Of a stretch of DNA of 64,000 nt, positions 1-13,333 are shown piece by piece (the first letter of the stretch is position 1; each line of letters opens with the position of its first letter). Source of the stretch: Lingula anatina (Eukaryota; Animalia; Brachiopoda). The stretch spans positions 49,144,788-49,208,787 of the forward strand of contig CM120640.1 in assembly GCA_051362555.1 (NCBI GenBank). Reading direction: 5' to 3'. The notes under the pieces are model-generated. The model was not told the origin of the DNA. It ran no database searches and saw nothing but the letters and a program-made list of their open reading frames with translations. The translations under genes were made by a program, and so were the position numbers.

Positions 1-2281
1 TGCTCTGGTAAGTATCTAATTGGTTTTCCAATTTAACTCGCCCTCAGGTGTAAGAGAGATTTCCACATAGTTAGGTTATCTTGTATGTGCACTCCAATTA
101 AGTTCGATTGAAGTCTGTGAGAGAGAGAGAGAGAGAGATTCAAATAACATTATTTTAAGAAAAAAATTAATATTATCTAAAAATATTTTTTTCTGTTCAC
201 CAGGTTAGCGTTTCCTCTGTGGATCATTTGTAACATCTTGTTCTTCATGGTCATTCGGTACGGCAGCTATTTTCTGTTCTTTACGGGAAGCTGCATGGTC
301 TTGGCCAACATCCTTTACGCCAGTATACGAAACCCTACAGAACTTGTGATACCTTGGGAGGAGGCAGTGATGGAGTTTCACTATGGATGGTGTTTTTGGC
401 TTTGTTTGATAACAGGTAAGCGAAGCGGGAAAAGTGAGATATTCAAAATTCGTACTATTAAAATGCATTCTGGTGCTGGTCCTTTTTTGTCAGAAATACA
501 GTTTATTAGCATTGCATAGCAATCTAACATAGCAATCTAAAAATGCACTGGTGTTTGTAAAATGTTGATTAAGTTTCACCCTTTATCAAAGAATCGTTTT
601 CAGCAGTCACAAATTCAACGAAATTTAGTTTTTAAAAAAACTTGACCCTTTTACAAACACAAATGAAAGTGAGTGAACATGATACATTTACAGACCCGGA
701 TTTACCTGGATTCTTTTTCATTTACAGGAGTTCTCAGTATCGTCTTCTCCATGATAATACTGTTCATGGACTTAAGGTTCCCGAGTGAAATATCAACGTT
801 TTTTGGAGTTGACGTTTTGCAAGATTGGGAAGAATATTATGCTGGTTAGTAGTAGTGAGAAATATTCTGCTAGAAATTGAGGGAGTGGTCACATTTTTAC
901 ATTTTTGGAAATAACAGATTCTGGTACTGTAAAATTGTTAATAAAAAGTGTTACGGCATTTTTCGAAGACAATTAGAATATATTTATACACGACTGTAGA
1001 CATTTGTAAAATTTACCCTCCTATACTTTGGAAAGCCTACATATTTCAAGGAGACCCTCTTTCAAAATGTAAATTGAAACTTTACCCCTTTTAATGCAGA
1101 TGTGTAAAATTAAGAAAATAGATGTTCTTCAAATTATCCTTTAATTACACGACATCCAAAGATGCGATAAAATCCATACATGTTTATCTGTATTTTACGT
1201 TTGTATTGAAAGTGAAATTATTCTTAAAGCGAAATTATTATGTTAAGCAATTATTTTATGACTTGAAAAGTTTTAGCTGAAAGTGAAACGAGAATTGGAA
1301 TGCATGTTGAGGAATTTTCTATCCTTAGATCCCGATCAAGACGACGTGAACCGGAAAGCCTTGCGCATAAGCAACAAAGGACTGAGGCAGAAAGAAAATG
1401 GTGAAAGCAAAGAAGTACTTACGACGAGCTATGTCCCTATGTCGTCTGGGTCACCAAATGGCACCAACGAGGACGACGCTTCGGACGACAATGTTTATGA
1501 AAACCCTGTACGGTTCAGTTCCAATCTTTGACACTGTGGTCATCGTCATGTCTATAATAAGTACATGTGAACCCGTGTCTTCTTTGTCTTCGTAGCCAGT
1601 GATCTTTGGTGATGATTGTGACTGTATTAAAGTCCTACATAATCATTTTTATGCCACATAATATTACCACATATAAGCATTACTATCACCAGGAAAAGCA
1701 AAATGGGCATTTGACTTACATAAACATGCTTTCTTTAAATATATCCCCCAGGTATCCGCACCAGTTCCCAAGTTCAGGAAACGAGCTGCCACAAACACCC
1801 AACGCTTCCAGAAATCCCGCAGAAAACCCCGCCCAACGCCCCGTGAAAGTCCCGCCGGACAAGACAGGTCACCCCGGGAGGATGACCATCACACCACTTT
1901 CCTTAGCATTCCAGACTCTGCTGCTATTGAAGAATCCGAGGAACCAGATGACGAGTACGAGAATGTGGTACACGCCAGGTGAGTCCTGGTAATCTCATTT
2001 GTTGGCGCAAGTCGAGACTTCAGTACATCGTTCGTCAAGTTATAGATCACCATTAAAAATTATTAAATAATTTCTTTATATATATATATATATAAAATTT
2101 GATTCTTTACATGCGAGCAAATCCTTTTTTTCTAGATAGATAATTTTATCCCAAAACCATACTGGCAGATTAATTATTAAACGTGAATTTTATGTATTAT
2201 AGGTACCAACCAGCTGGAACAGAGGACTTTTCAATCAGCATAGAAAAGGTGCCCCCTAGACCCCCAAAACGGACATCGTAG
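1..2281 (+). CDS. DUOXA: Dual oxidase maturation factor (DUOXA/NIP family), 3' part; the gene starts upstream of the window
   Basis: GT-AG exons ..1-7, 204-415, 728-844, 1329-1507, 1752-1978 and 2203-2281 (TAG) join in frame. They encode WLAFPLWIICNILFFMVIRYGSYFLFFTG...FHYGWCFWLCLITGVLSIVFSMIILFMDLRFPSEISTFF, matching the last DUOXA transmembrane segments, followed by a long hydrophilic tail. Confidence 0.85.
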
Positions 2282-2498
2282 TTGCTTCGAGGACAGCCTA
2301 TGGGATCTTTCATTAATACTGTAAATGGCAGATAGAGCTACCAAAGCAAGATAATATCTAGCCTTGATTTGATTTTTTTTTAAGAATTCCGGCTTTATGA
2401 TTCTGTTTTGAGTTTTCTGCGTAAGATCGGAGAAAAAAGGAGAAAGGCTGTGATGCATGTTTAATATGGACTTGTAGTATATTCTGATGCAGTTAAAA

Positions 2499-2658
2499 CG
2501 GGGGCGTCTCGATAGTCCGAAGGTTCATTGGTCCGAAAAACGGTAACATTTTCATCGGTTTTTTAATCAAGGGTTCATTGGTCCGAAGGTTCTGTAGTGA
2601 ACATTCAGACCAATGAACCTTCGGACCATTGAACCTTCGGACTATTGCTACGGCCCCG
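2499..2658. mobile_element. 160-bp MITE-like element with internal ~16-bp GGTCCGAAGGTTCATT-type repeats
   Basis: Termini CGGGGGCGT..ATAGTCCGAAGGTTCATTGGTCCGAA and TTCGGACCATTGAACCTTCGGACTAT..ACGGCCCCG are inverted. TTAAAA flanks both sides (2493-2498, 2659-2664). Confidence 0.75.
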
Positions 2659-2752
2659 TTAAAACACCAACCCTTGTATATTCAAATAGCCATGGCTCAT
2701 AAAATATGCACTTTAACTAATCACTTAGACATCAGTTAAGAGTATTACAAAC

Positions 2753-2921
2753 CAGGGGCGGATCCAGAGATATTTTCTGACAGTCTTCCATATAATATTT
2801 GATGATCCATCCTCCATTTTTTGACCGTCTTCCGACAGAAAAAATTAGATACCCTCCAATGTAAACTTGAAAATCTGACCGTCTTCCAGAAGACTCAGAA
2901 GACGGCCTAAATCCGCCCCTG
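2753..2921. mobile_element. 169-bp non-autonomous TIR element
   Basis: Termini CAGGGGCGGAT and ATCCGCCCCTG; CAAAC direct repeat on both sides (2748-2752, 2922-2926); internal GACCGTCTTCC repeats. Confidence 0.7.
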
Positions 2922-4443
2922 CAAACGATTGCATTATAAAACTTAATTGAATATCATAATAATCTTTCCTACTCTAATTACCATTTGTAAGCAGATGTGT
3001 GCTTAAATGTTTTTTAAGATGTCCGGTAAAGGATTATGTTTGAGGTTTAATAGTCTTCTCATAACGTGTTGTTGGCAGACGGTGCAAATAGTGTGTCACA
3101 ATGTTACATTTCTGCATAAAACTAATGCTTCAAAAATATACAACCATATGGATGCTGCATGCTGTTAACACTTGCGTGTTATTGAAAGAATACAAATACC
3201 CTACTCGTATTAAGCAGTAAGATAGAAGAACGTATTCAAATATATATCTTCCCTTAGCATCCATTTGGGTAGAAATTTGTGAAGAAGTCAGTGTATTGAA
3301 GAAAAAAAAATAAAACATGTTCTTTAAAATATGTTTTCGTTGCATTTCGAAGATGTTTTGCTAAACTAGTTAACGGTTTCTGCAAATACAGGTTCAATCA
3401 ATAATTTTTATTCCCCTGACAATCATATATCAAAATGGTGACAAAATCACGTAATAATGTCAACTGATAAGAACATTTACAAGAAGAGTCTAAATTTTTG
3501 TTTTTAACGACGTTTTAATGTTGGAATTCTTAGATTTCACGACAACGCACTGCCCATTTCAGAAAAAAAAATCGATTTGTTTTTCATTTGCCTCAAATAG
3601 AATATTTTACTTTAATATTTTAATGTTAAAGCAAATAAAAGAATACCCGCTGTGTCTAAAGCCGTTGGCTGAATTTGTTAAAACAGTGTAGAGGTGGACC
3701 ATCCCCTGCAATCCCTGCGAGGGGGTACAGCCCATCCCCTTCTGAACAGACTAAAAAGGGAAATAGAGCTGGGAAAACTGACGACGAAGCAAGTGAACGT
3801 ACACATTTCTAAACTCAGTAATAACTTACGCTGTACATGTTTTAACATTTTTTCCATTAGCTGAAGTCTAGCATCCGCTTTCACGCATTCATTGCACTTT
3901 CAATGCGTGATCACAGTTTTCAATTGATTTCTTAAAAGCTCTCAACATGCATTTCTAATACTTAATGTAGGCTATCCTATCTAAAAGATAGATTAAGGCA
4001 ACAATGATGTATGATACAAGATGATAGAGATAAAACAATAACAAATGTTATATAAAAGCAATATGGTGCTGCGCATGCTGTATGTGTCAGCAGCGTTTTT
4101 TTTTTTTTAAATTACTTCTAAACTTTTTTGAATTTGAAATATTTAAACATACATATATTTCTTTTGGTTAAACAAGGTATCACAGAGAAAGCCATACTTC
4201 ACATACTGTGTTGAAGGACAAAATATCCGGACAGAGAAAAATAAAATCCCCAGTTATTTAAATACTTTTCATTCTGTTGAAAAATTTAAGACTCTTGCAA
4301 AAATCAGTTATAACAATATTAAATAATAATAATCACTATACTTATATAAAAAGTATAAGTCTAAAAAAGTACATATTTACTACCGGAAATATAGCCTAAC
4401 GCTTAAACCAAATAAAAACACGAAAGGCCAGTCCCATGAAGAA

Positions 4444-7400
4444 TTACACCAACGATTCTCGATTTGTACATTTTTCGTATTCCACCCAAGACTCGTGCTT
4501 GCGGAAAGGCTGCGGACTGCTTTCAAGGCTATATATGAGGGTGTCGTTACTTGTGGTACGCATGTGACGGTATATTCTGTATCGAGGGAGAAGCCGGTAA
4601 CCAGGGTGTATTTCATCCACGTCTCCATTTTCACACTCGCACAGTTTCACTTCGTGCTCCTCGCGGCCCTCTGGCATATGGAAACCTGCAAGTGAAATTG
4701 CATGTAGCACTGACTGCATGTAAGTCTGATTAATTTCCCAAGCAACATTTCTTTAGAACAACTACATGTATATGTTGGTGGAAAATACTGGTTTTTATGC
4801 CTTGATTTACAATGCAGAAAGATAATCCATAGCATTCTGATTATGAGGTAAATGAGACCAACCTTCTTCATAGGCCAAGATCCCAGTCTTGTAAATTTCA
4901 GTATTTCTATGAGGCAAAGTCCCAATAAGAACTGGTAATGTTAATTGCATCGTTTTTCCGTGGACATTGAATTTGACCTGAAACAACATAAACTGTATCC
5001 TGGGAACAAGTTTCATTTGGATATGATTGTTGGCCTAAGGTTCTGTTATACGAAGTAATGCAATGAAACTGGAAATATCCTGTGCCATTTGAATCTTTAT
5101 GAAAATTGATAATAAACGTTTATTTCATTCCATCATTACAAACCCAGAAACAGATTTGGTCAAAGAAGCACCGACTTCCGTTTCGATGATCAATTTACAT
5201 ACAACTGTATTGCGACATTTCTCCAATCAACAATTTGACATTAGACATACGTTTTTAATTAAATGTGTTTACAGATGAGGAATTTTGTCGCTTTTAGCCC
5301 AGTATGTTCTGCTTTGTTACGGCTGAAATGACATTTGGCTTTTCTTACACCACAGCATGCCTACTGTGCAATGCGTGGGTTCATACACGACAACAGATCA
5401 AACAGCATATCTTATGAAGGAGAGCATTTTGTTATTATTGCTGGCACTGTTTGATTTAGTATGAAGGCGATAAAGAGCAATTCTGTAAACGACAGAAATA
5501 TGTCTTTAAGACAAAGTAAGGTAATCGGTGAGCCCTAATATTTTGCAGAAATGAATTAACCGCATAAAACCCACTTGGTGATAGGGGTTTATACACTTAT
5601 ACGTCTTTATTTAGATTACAGGGTTGCTACTTAATATGGAATATTTTTTATCATTGTTATTTTTGAGTGCTGATTAAAATTTTTTGGGCTTGAGTCATTA
5701 GATAAGTATGTCAATGAGTGATAATAACATCCAGTCTTCTGTTGTGAGATATTTTGGTCAATAATATCAAATCTGACATAAGATGTCATTCAAAAGAAAG
5801 GAACACCCCCAGAAAACCATATCAACAGTTTGATGTCAGTATAAACTTTAAGATAAGATATTAAAGAAAATGATAGCCTCCGGACAGTGATATGTTACAC
5901 AGTCAAAGGACTCACTACAGTAAATCATGAAAAGTTAGTAATTGCGGGTATGACCTCCAGCAGCCGCTTGCAGCGCCCTCATCCTACATGGCATACCCTG
6001 TGACACGTTTTTTAGAGTTTGGGTGGGGATATCATTCCACGCAGTAATATTTGCCTGTCGCAGTTCATCACTATTTACCGGCGGGGACCATAGCTATTAA
6101 AGCTGTGAGTTACTTCCGCCCACAGATTTTCAATTGGGTTCATATCTGGTGAGTTTGCAGGCCAGGGCAGTTGCTGAATCCATTGGTTTTGAAGAAAAAC
6201 AGTGATTCTGCGGCCTCGAGGTGGGGTTGCGCAGTCGTCTTGGTACACAAAGTTGTTCCTGAAGATGACTCTTACCAATCGAAGCATTGTTTGTTGTAGA
6301 ATGTCTCTGTAGGAATCCTGAATGAGGTTGCCTCCTAGAAAAACCAACTGGTTCTGGGCACCGACATGAAATGCTCCCCCAAACAGAGACGTTACCATTC
6401 CCTGCTTGCACCCTAGGCAGTACACAATCATTGTTTTATGCACCTCGTACACGTCGGTGGAAACGGATTCGACGATCAACCCTAAAAAATCCATATCTTG
6501 CCTCATTACCGAAAACGACGTGATTCCAGTGTTTTGGCTGCAAACGCACGTGGTCCCCAGCCCATTGTAGACGTCGCTGTGTATGACCTGCTGTTAACAG
6601 TGGTTTCCCTACTGGCCTTCGTGCAAAATAACCGGCTTGCAGAAATCTCTTGTTCACGTGGGACCTTGAAACGGGCGTTTGAATGACATTCTGCCTCTCT
6701 TTTCTGAGGACACTGGTTGTCTTTGTACGACCAGCACGGCGTCCTCTAAGGAGAAGGCGATCCTGTCTTCATGGTTTAATACGCAGACACCCTGGTCGAG
6801 GTATTGGAGTAGGTGCCCCTGTTGCAGCATTTCTTTGGAAGACTTCACAAACGGTTCCTGATAAATGTTGAATTACCTGGCAATGGCTGTTTCTGACCAT
6901 TTTCTCTGAGAGCAAGTATCCCATAGTAAGCTGCGTTTCTTAGCTGTCGAACCATATCTTCACTAAGGTACCTATCAAGTTTCAGAGCGATCTTTTTGTT
7001 GCTTCTCTAAATACACTCCAAAGATTGGCCAAACCCATGCGTTTTTATACAAGGGCAGAAATTGCCGAAAAGACCACCCCTCACATTTCTGATCACAGAA
7101 CATGCAAATGCATGCATCAATTGTTTCGAGAGTTGTGTGGTAATTAGGTAACACACCTGGCTACACATGGAGTGACACCTCAGCTTTTGATTTAAAGTAG
7201 TTAGAGAGAAATTAAATATTTTGTAGAAAATTTACTCGCCAAAAAATAATATTCCATATTAAGTGGTAACCCTGTATAATGAATGGAAAATAAAAAATTG
7301 AATTGGAATGAAATAAAAAAAATAATGATAAATGTAATATATAGAGAATATAAAGGATTCGAAATTGGGTACGCACCGTTATTTCGTATTTTATATTTAG

Positions 7401-10400
7401 AAATCGACAGCCATCGAGTCGTGATGGTGGCAGCGGTGGGATGCGCAGAAATACGCTTTTCCACGCAAAACTGTTCAGGCGTTTAACTTTTTGTCTTCGT
7501 CCTTCCTGGTGTCTTGTCACTACTGCTATAGTCTTGTGTGAGGCAGAGCAGACATTTAATGGATTTGTACCGTATATTAAAATCTACAAGATACATAAAA
7601 TATAAATAAGCCATTGCATAGCATGAATAATGCAGATATCAAAGATATTCTAGTCATAGGTATATGTTCATAATATAATGACAGTAAATGGATGCAGTTG
7701 AAGTATTGTCTCGTCTTATTTGTTACTCATATCACAACATGGGGCCTACAGGGAAATTATGTTTCAAAAATTGACAAAAAGTATGGGCAAAGACTTTAAC
7801 TACAATTTGTAAGGTAATACAGAATACAGTTACAAGTTTAATTTAACTGACGCGCCATTTAACAGAAGTATCTAGAATTATCTTTTACCTGTTTTAGCTC
7901 AACAGATAATCCTCGCACGTAAACTCTGGTTGAAGTGAGATTATCCACCTGAACCCAAACTCGAATGACCTCTCCTGGCACGAACCCGTTTCGATCTGTT
8001 TTTGCACAACATTTCATCAGCCTACACGTAAAGCACGCCGTTTCCCAAGACACGTCCTTGGCATCTTTGATACCGTCCTGACAATGAATACATATACAGA
8101 ACAGAACATGACACACAAAAATCGTGTCTGAAAACAAATTGAAAAATCGGATCTGCTGCGTTTTAACGCCTACGGTCTTTGTATTGTGTTTCACCAATAA
8201 TAGTGTTGGTGTGTAAATTGTGTAAATTCGCAAAACAGTACATCTATCAATTTTTGAGTATCTTCCAACGATAAACAATGCCCTGTCAAATGAAAAAAAA
8301 ACATTTTGACATGATTATGAAAATAAATGGTCAATTTAACCAAACGAAAGTAAGATACTAAGTTAGCAGGGGCATATACATAACATTACCAATACAAATG
8401 GCTCCATGCTTAGATCTAGATCTTTTAGGATCAAAAGTGGTTCTGTAGTTTTCAACTTCATGTTATTGGGCATCCAGAGTATAGCACTGGCACTATAGGA
8501 GATCCGGCCATGCTGTGAAGTGAAAGAACAAGGCAAGTCTGATGGCAATTCGTAACTAAATGGAAAATCGTGGGTACCAGCGGAGAGAACTTCGGGGACT
8601 GCAAAACCCGATGGGGCTGAAATTAAAATATTAGAGATATTGAATATAACAGGTAAAGCTTCACTTGAAATAAGTTCTAATATCATTGCAACCTTGGAGG
8701 TTAACGTTTCCATTCAGTACACATTTTAGGAAACAGAAAATACAGAAGCCAAACCTCAGTAAAACTAGGAGAATGTGTATAAGTGAATAGGAGTACATGA
8801 TGAGAGAGAGAGAGAGAGAGAGGGAGGGAGAGAGCTCACAAAACACTTACAATCTCCCCAAAGCCAGAGGTGCTCTGCAAGGTAAGTCTCAGACGCTTCA
8901 TAATTCGTTTGGCTGTTGTCTCCTTTAGCAGTTGACTGTTCCTTCCAGAAGATTTTCCCATAGCCATATAAAACTAATTCGATACCTATGGATAATTTAT
9001 TGTGTAAATGACTTTTCTTAGAAAGATTGGCCCTCCCGAACACAGGGCGAGAGGAACAAAAATGTTTTAGCAAGGTAACTATGGTTGCTTTGCATTCACG
9101 AAAAATAAACTACCATAGCTGTGATATAAAATGGATACTGAATATTTCACCATGTCTATTCTATCTTAATTTTGACGCATTATCATCCATAGAGGTTTCT
9201 ACCATAATCAGTGCATTACATTCCATCACAATGCAATTGCAACAAATAAGCTGATATAACTGTCTAACCTATTCGTCCAAGAAGATGCATATTAAACTGT
9301 ATAAATCACGTAGTCTGGTATAGGCCTACTTTGCAAATTAAACCAATTGGCAAAATGCTTCAGTTGACTTCCAGAGGAAGTAATTCTGACTATACTAATA
9401 CCCATTCCATGATCTGACATAGACTGAGATGTTTCAAACGTAAGAAAGCTCATATAGATATGAAAAAAGACGATCAGATCGAAGCATCTATGTATTGTAC
9501 ATCAGTGGAAGGCGCAAACCAATTCGAACTATTATCAATTAAGTATGATGTATTGTGAAGTCGTTTGATTTGCCAGCAAAAAAAAAAAAAAAAATACTTT
9601 GCAAAATCAGCTATCTCTTTTTTATGGCACAATTTGACATTTTTACTCGAAAAGCAGACTGATTCAACCTAATGTACATCTTTATCAAATTCTGATAACA
9701 AGACTATAACCTTTTGAATATTCTTTTGCTTGTTCCCTAGCTGATGTGCAACTGCACATTTTACAGTGAATCGTGAAAATCGTGGAATCGAGGAAAGTAG
9801 ATACTACACTACCCGCATTAAACTGACAAAGAAATCTACATGTCACTGAACAAAAATGCTTCAAACATGACCAAAGGCCTACATTTTCTGAGTTCCATAA
9901 TTAACGTGAATACTGCAGCCGGTAAGCCAATAAGTGCTCAATCTCGTCAATCTTCGAATAGCATAATAGTTTCTGCCCATTTTCATTACGGAAATTTCTA
10001 AATACAAAGAAAGGACAGTCATCGACATTGATAGCATGAACAGAGGATCATTACCTATATTACATAGAAAAGAGAGAGTACATGGAGATAATATTTACTA
10101 GGCAATTGCAAAACATTCATTTTGACTATTATATTTTGTTGGGGTTATTAAGCCAGTTTTATTTCTTAGACCGACATAAAAACAAAAACAAAATTGGAAA
10201 ATCATACTTTATCACATGAGTCAAATGCGCCGCGAAGTTCGAAGACGACTCTGCTGTCAACAAGAAATATAGGTACAGACCTAGAGTTTCCTTTTCCATT
10301 AATCATTATATTGCCACAGTCGGCAGTAGTACAGTATCAGTTATGTACGAAAGTACCGTCTTAGATTACGTATACCACATACCTTTAATGGCTAACATAT

Positions 10401-10500
10401 CCGTCAATTTCAATGTTACATAACCTTGAATCTTGTCACCCGCGTGGAAGAGGGCTTCAGATCCCTTAAACGTTATAGTAAATTCGTAGCCGTCCGCCAT
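4444..10500 (-). CDS. Arrestin domain-containing protein (alpha-arrestin, ARRDC/TXNIP family)
   Basis: Seven phase-compatible exons: 10500-10383, 8985-8851, 8616-8390, 8077-7889, 7583-7377, 4977-4863, 4685-4444. Motifs include FHAGDKIQGYVTL, LSAGTHDFPFSYELPSDLPCSFTSQHGRISY, GFVPGEVI, IPPLPPSRLDGCRFLNIKYEI and LPVLIGT, typical of Arrestin_N and Arrestin_C domains. Confidence 0.9.
5619..7274 (-). mobile_element. Full-length but decayed Tc1/mariner DNA transposon in an ARRDC intron
   Basis: TIRs CAGGGTTGCTACTTAATATGGAATATT and (reverse complement) CAGGGTTACCACTTAATATGGAATATT, with TA target-site duplication at 5617-5618 and 7275-7276. Confidence 0.92.
5935..6955 (-). pseudogene. Frameshifted Tc1-type DD34E transposase
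   Basis: Fragments in different frames: ARRPVGKPLLT..HTQRRLQWA..WNHVVFGNEAR (first catalytic Asp appears as Asn), FVYQDD, WPANSPDMNPIENLW and MPCRMRALQAAAGGHTRNY*. Confidence 0.9.
8802..8833. repeat. (GA)n microsatellite in an ARRDC intron
   Basis: Direct reading of the GAGAGA run. Confidence 0.9.
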
Positions 10501-12238
10501 TTAATTTATGTCGTCTGCTTTCATTCAGTGGCAAAAACAGTGCTAAGATTTCCCGTTGCGAATATATGCCGACGAATCTGAATAGTTCATATCTTTTAAT
10601 ATGAACTTGCTATAATACCCAGTTGATGAGCAAGATGACAGACAACATGCTACATATTGCTGTGTGTGCCTCTCACTGCCGATATTAGATTCCTCTTCAA
10701 ATGACACATGCAATTACCAAGTGCGTTAAGCACCTGGTGCGTCCGTATATAGGCCTATGCACGTGCTGGTAGGTGATAATAGAGCCCAGGAAACCATGGT
10801 AACCACGCATGTCACAGAGTCATACAATTAGTCCATCCTTGCGTTTCACCGCGATTTTGCTGTACGATCACGAATATATATATATATATATTGAGACTAA
10901 ATAACGTAGGCCACGTGTGTGCTCCTTGGTAGTGAGCACAGATATGATTTCATATAATATGTAGAAACATGGAAGCTGCTTATATTTTCCTGTGGTATAA
11001 GACTACATTATCACGTATACAACGACAATAAATAGGTGAAGTACTACGACAAACAAATTAGATGAAATACATCTTGCGGGATGCGATTTTCTATTAATTT
11101 CACTTTATGATATCATGGGAAGTCGTATCGCAAACAATGTTATCTTCGAATGCTAAATGGCAACAGTCGGTTAATTAGTTGTGAGATAGAGAAATGTTTG
11201 GGCGATAGAGCAAATTATGAAATTCCTGGCACCATCAGCAGTTTTTCTGTCAAACACCTAAATTCCCATCCCTTCACTAGTGTACGATTTTCCTCCCTCT
11301 TTTTGCACCTTTTTTTATCTAATGTCACTAGCCTTCTGAACGGTACATTAATGCTTTACCTTTTCACTTAATGCAACAGCGTTGCTAAAAAAGCATGTAT
11401 CATTTGAGATCTAAGGTCTTTAAAGGCCATTTGAAAACAGAAAAGAGAGACAAAAATATTCAACGGTATTGAAAGGTATAAACAATAATTCATCACGTGT
11501 AAAAACCGGTAAAAACCGTGCCGATTTCTTGACAATGAAAAACTGTTGGGAGTTTTTGGGGGGTACGATATTCATAAAAAATATTTAGGTCCTGTTTTCC
11601 CTTTGCTTATCTGTTTTTTCTCAAACCCCGTTGCCAAAGCAGGCGTGTTTAGCATTAAACTGAAAGCTTATTGATAATCGGTTAACAGATGGAATGTTTA
11701 TAGGATCATTCGAACCACTAATGGTCTTGATCAATAAATACATAATCAATGAGTACAGTAGCAAGCACTGAAAGGATACGTTGCCTGGGCATCGGCAAAT
11801 AGCAAGCCTTGCTTGCGTGCATACTGATCATGAGTATATAATATAATCATTTAATTCTTGGGTTACGTAATTTGTATGCAACGAACACGTTGTCACATCT
11901 CATACCATATATATTAGAAAATAAGAAAATTTTATTCCCGTTTGTTGTCAACTGTGTTGTAGACTGTGTGTTACAATTGTATCATTTTCAGATGACTCCC
12001 CCCCCCCCCATGTTCAAAACACTAGCATACGCTCAGGCTATCGGCGGTCCAACCGTCCACTGTAATCGAAAGGTATAAATACTTCTTTTAGCAAATTTGA
12101 ATTTTGAATTAAAATTATTAAAATTATTAAAATAATCAATTCTCAATTGAAGTTTTAAATGTTTCATCGTTTCGTTATTTCATCAATATGTCACGCTTTA
12201 GTGCACATTATATGCTGTCTTTGGTAGTGGTAGGCCTA

Positions 12239-12368
12239 CCCTCTACCAGGGTGACAGATTGATTTTTTCACAAGATATTCACAGATATGTCTTTAGATAA
12301 ATAGACAGTCATTTCATTCTATGGCTTTTTCAAGATTTCCCTATAATATCTGCCACCCTGGTGGAGGG
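12239..12368. mobile_element. 130-bp MITE-like foldback
   Basis: CCCTCTACCAGGGTGACAGAT and ATCTGCCACCCTGGTGGAGGG are imperfect inverted termini. Confidence 0.6.
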
Positions 12369-13333
12369 CATGGTAGGCCTATGCTTAATATGAAGAGCAA
12401 CAGGCCTATAGCTGGACTACTTTTCTACTTGGAATCGGAAGCAAAATATATTTAACTGTTTTCACTTGTCTACCCAGCTGATTTCTCTTACTGGGTATGT
12501 CCGTCTTCCCACACAAGTACGGTGTCAAAATAGCCTACTTCCCGTGTACTCTAGCGGTTCCAGGATCGATTTTGCTAAGAGGAGGCGGGGCATAGAACAG
12601 CAATGGGTACTTCAGATGCTAATTTAAAAGTGGGTTCTTCAGCAGGTGAAATAAGGGCATTTCCCCGCTTTGCTCCAACCCCATGGATCCAACTGTCAGA
12701 AGTTCCTTTTTTATCAGTGGGATTGCAACATAGCACTGTCAAAGGAGATAGGCCTATATTTTAATTTCCTTCCCTTGTAATAAAAAAGCACAATATTAAG
12801 AAAGATGCGTGTAATGCAAGACAATGAAAGAAGCTTAAATCATATACTTTCCTAATGAAAATTTTGCAGATGAAAGCTTAAAAAATCTATGGAAGGTATC
12901 CAAACCCGTTGCTGGAGCTTGCCATGTTGTTCCTCACATCGGCAATACCGTTATTTCAGTTATTTATCCAGCATTCGCTTGCAATTTTGCGTAATTGGTG
13001 ATTCTCACGGCAAATCCGTGAGATTTGGAAGGTCTGCGCCTATCAGACCTACTGGACCTATAAGAGAACAACATTCGTGGTGTCACCTGAAGCATGCAAT
13101 GTGGGCAATGTTCTGAATGTTCAGCCATGACTGGTAAAGGAGAACTGCTGAGAAGTCACAGCTCATAAACTTTGAAAATCAGAAAGGTAAATTTGACTTG
13201 TACCTGGGGTTTATGAAAATTTATTCGTACAATTTCTAAAGGTCTGATTACGTCCCTGCAAATAAAGAGTTATAGTGGTAATCTGACTTAATCTGTATAG
13301 GCCTACTATGAACATTCATATCAATTTACCGTA

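Noticed and set aside
2510-2645. Repeated GGTCCGAAGGTTC units as a CRISPR-like array
   Set aside because: Eukaryotic context, no unique spacers, and the repeats are inverted within a TIR element.
3640-3884. GC-richer patch with short ORFs between DUOXA and ARRDC
   Set aside because: No recognisable protein motif, convincing splice pair or ribozyme fold.
4647-4925. ORF containing PPTY as part of ARRDC
   Set aside because: It is out of phase with the donor at 4863, and a cleaner acceptor at 4685 gives a plausible terminal exon.
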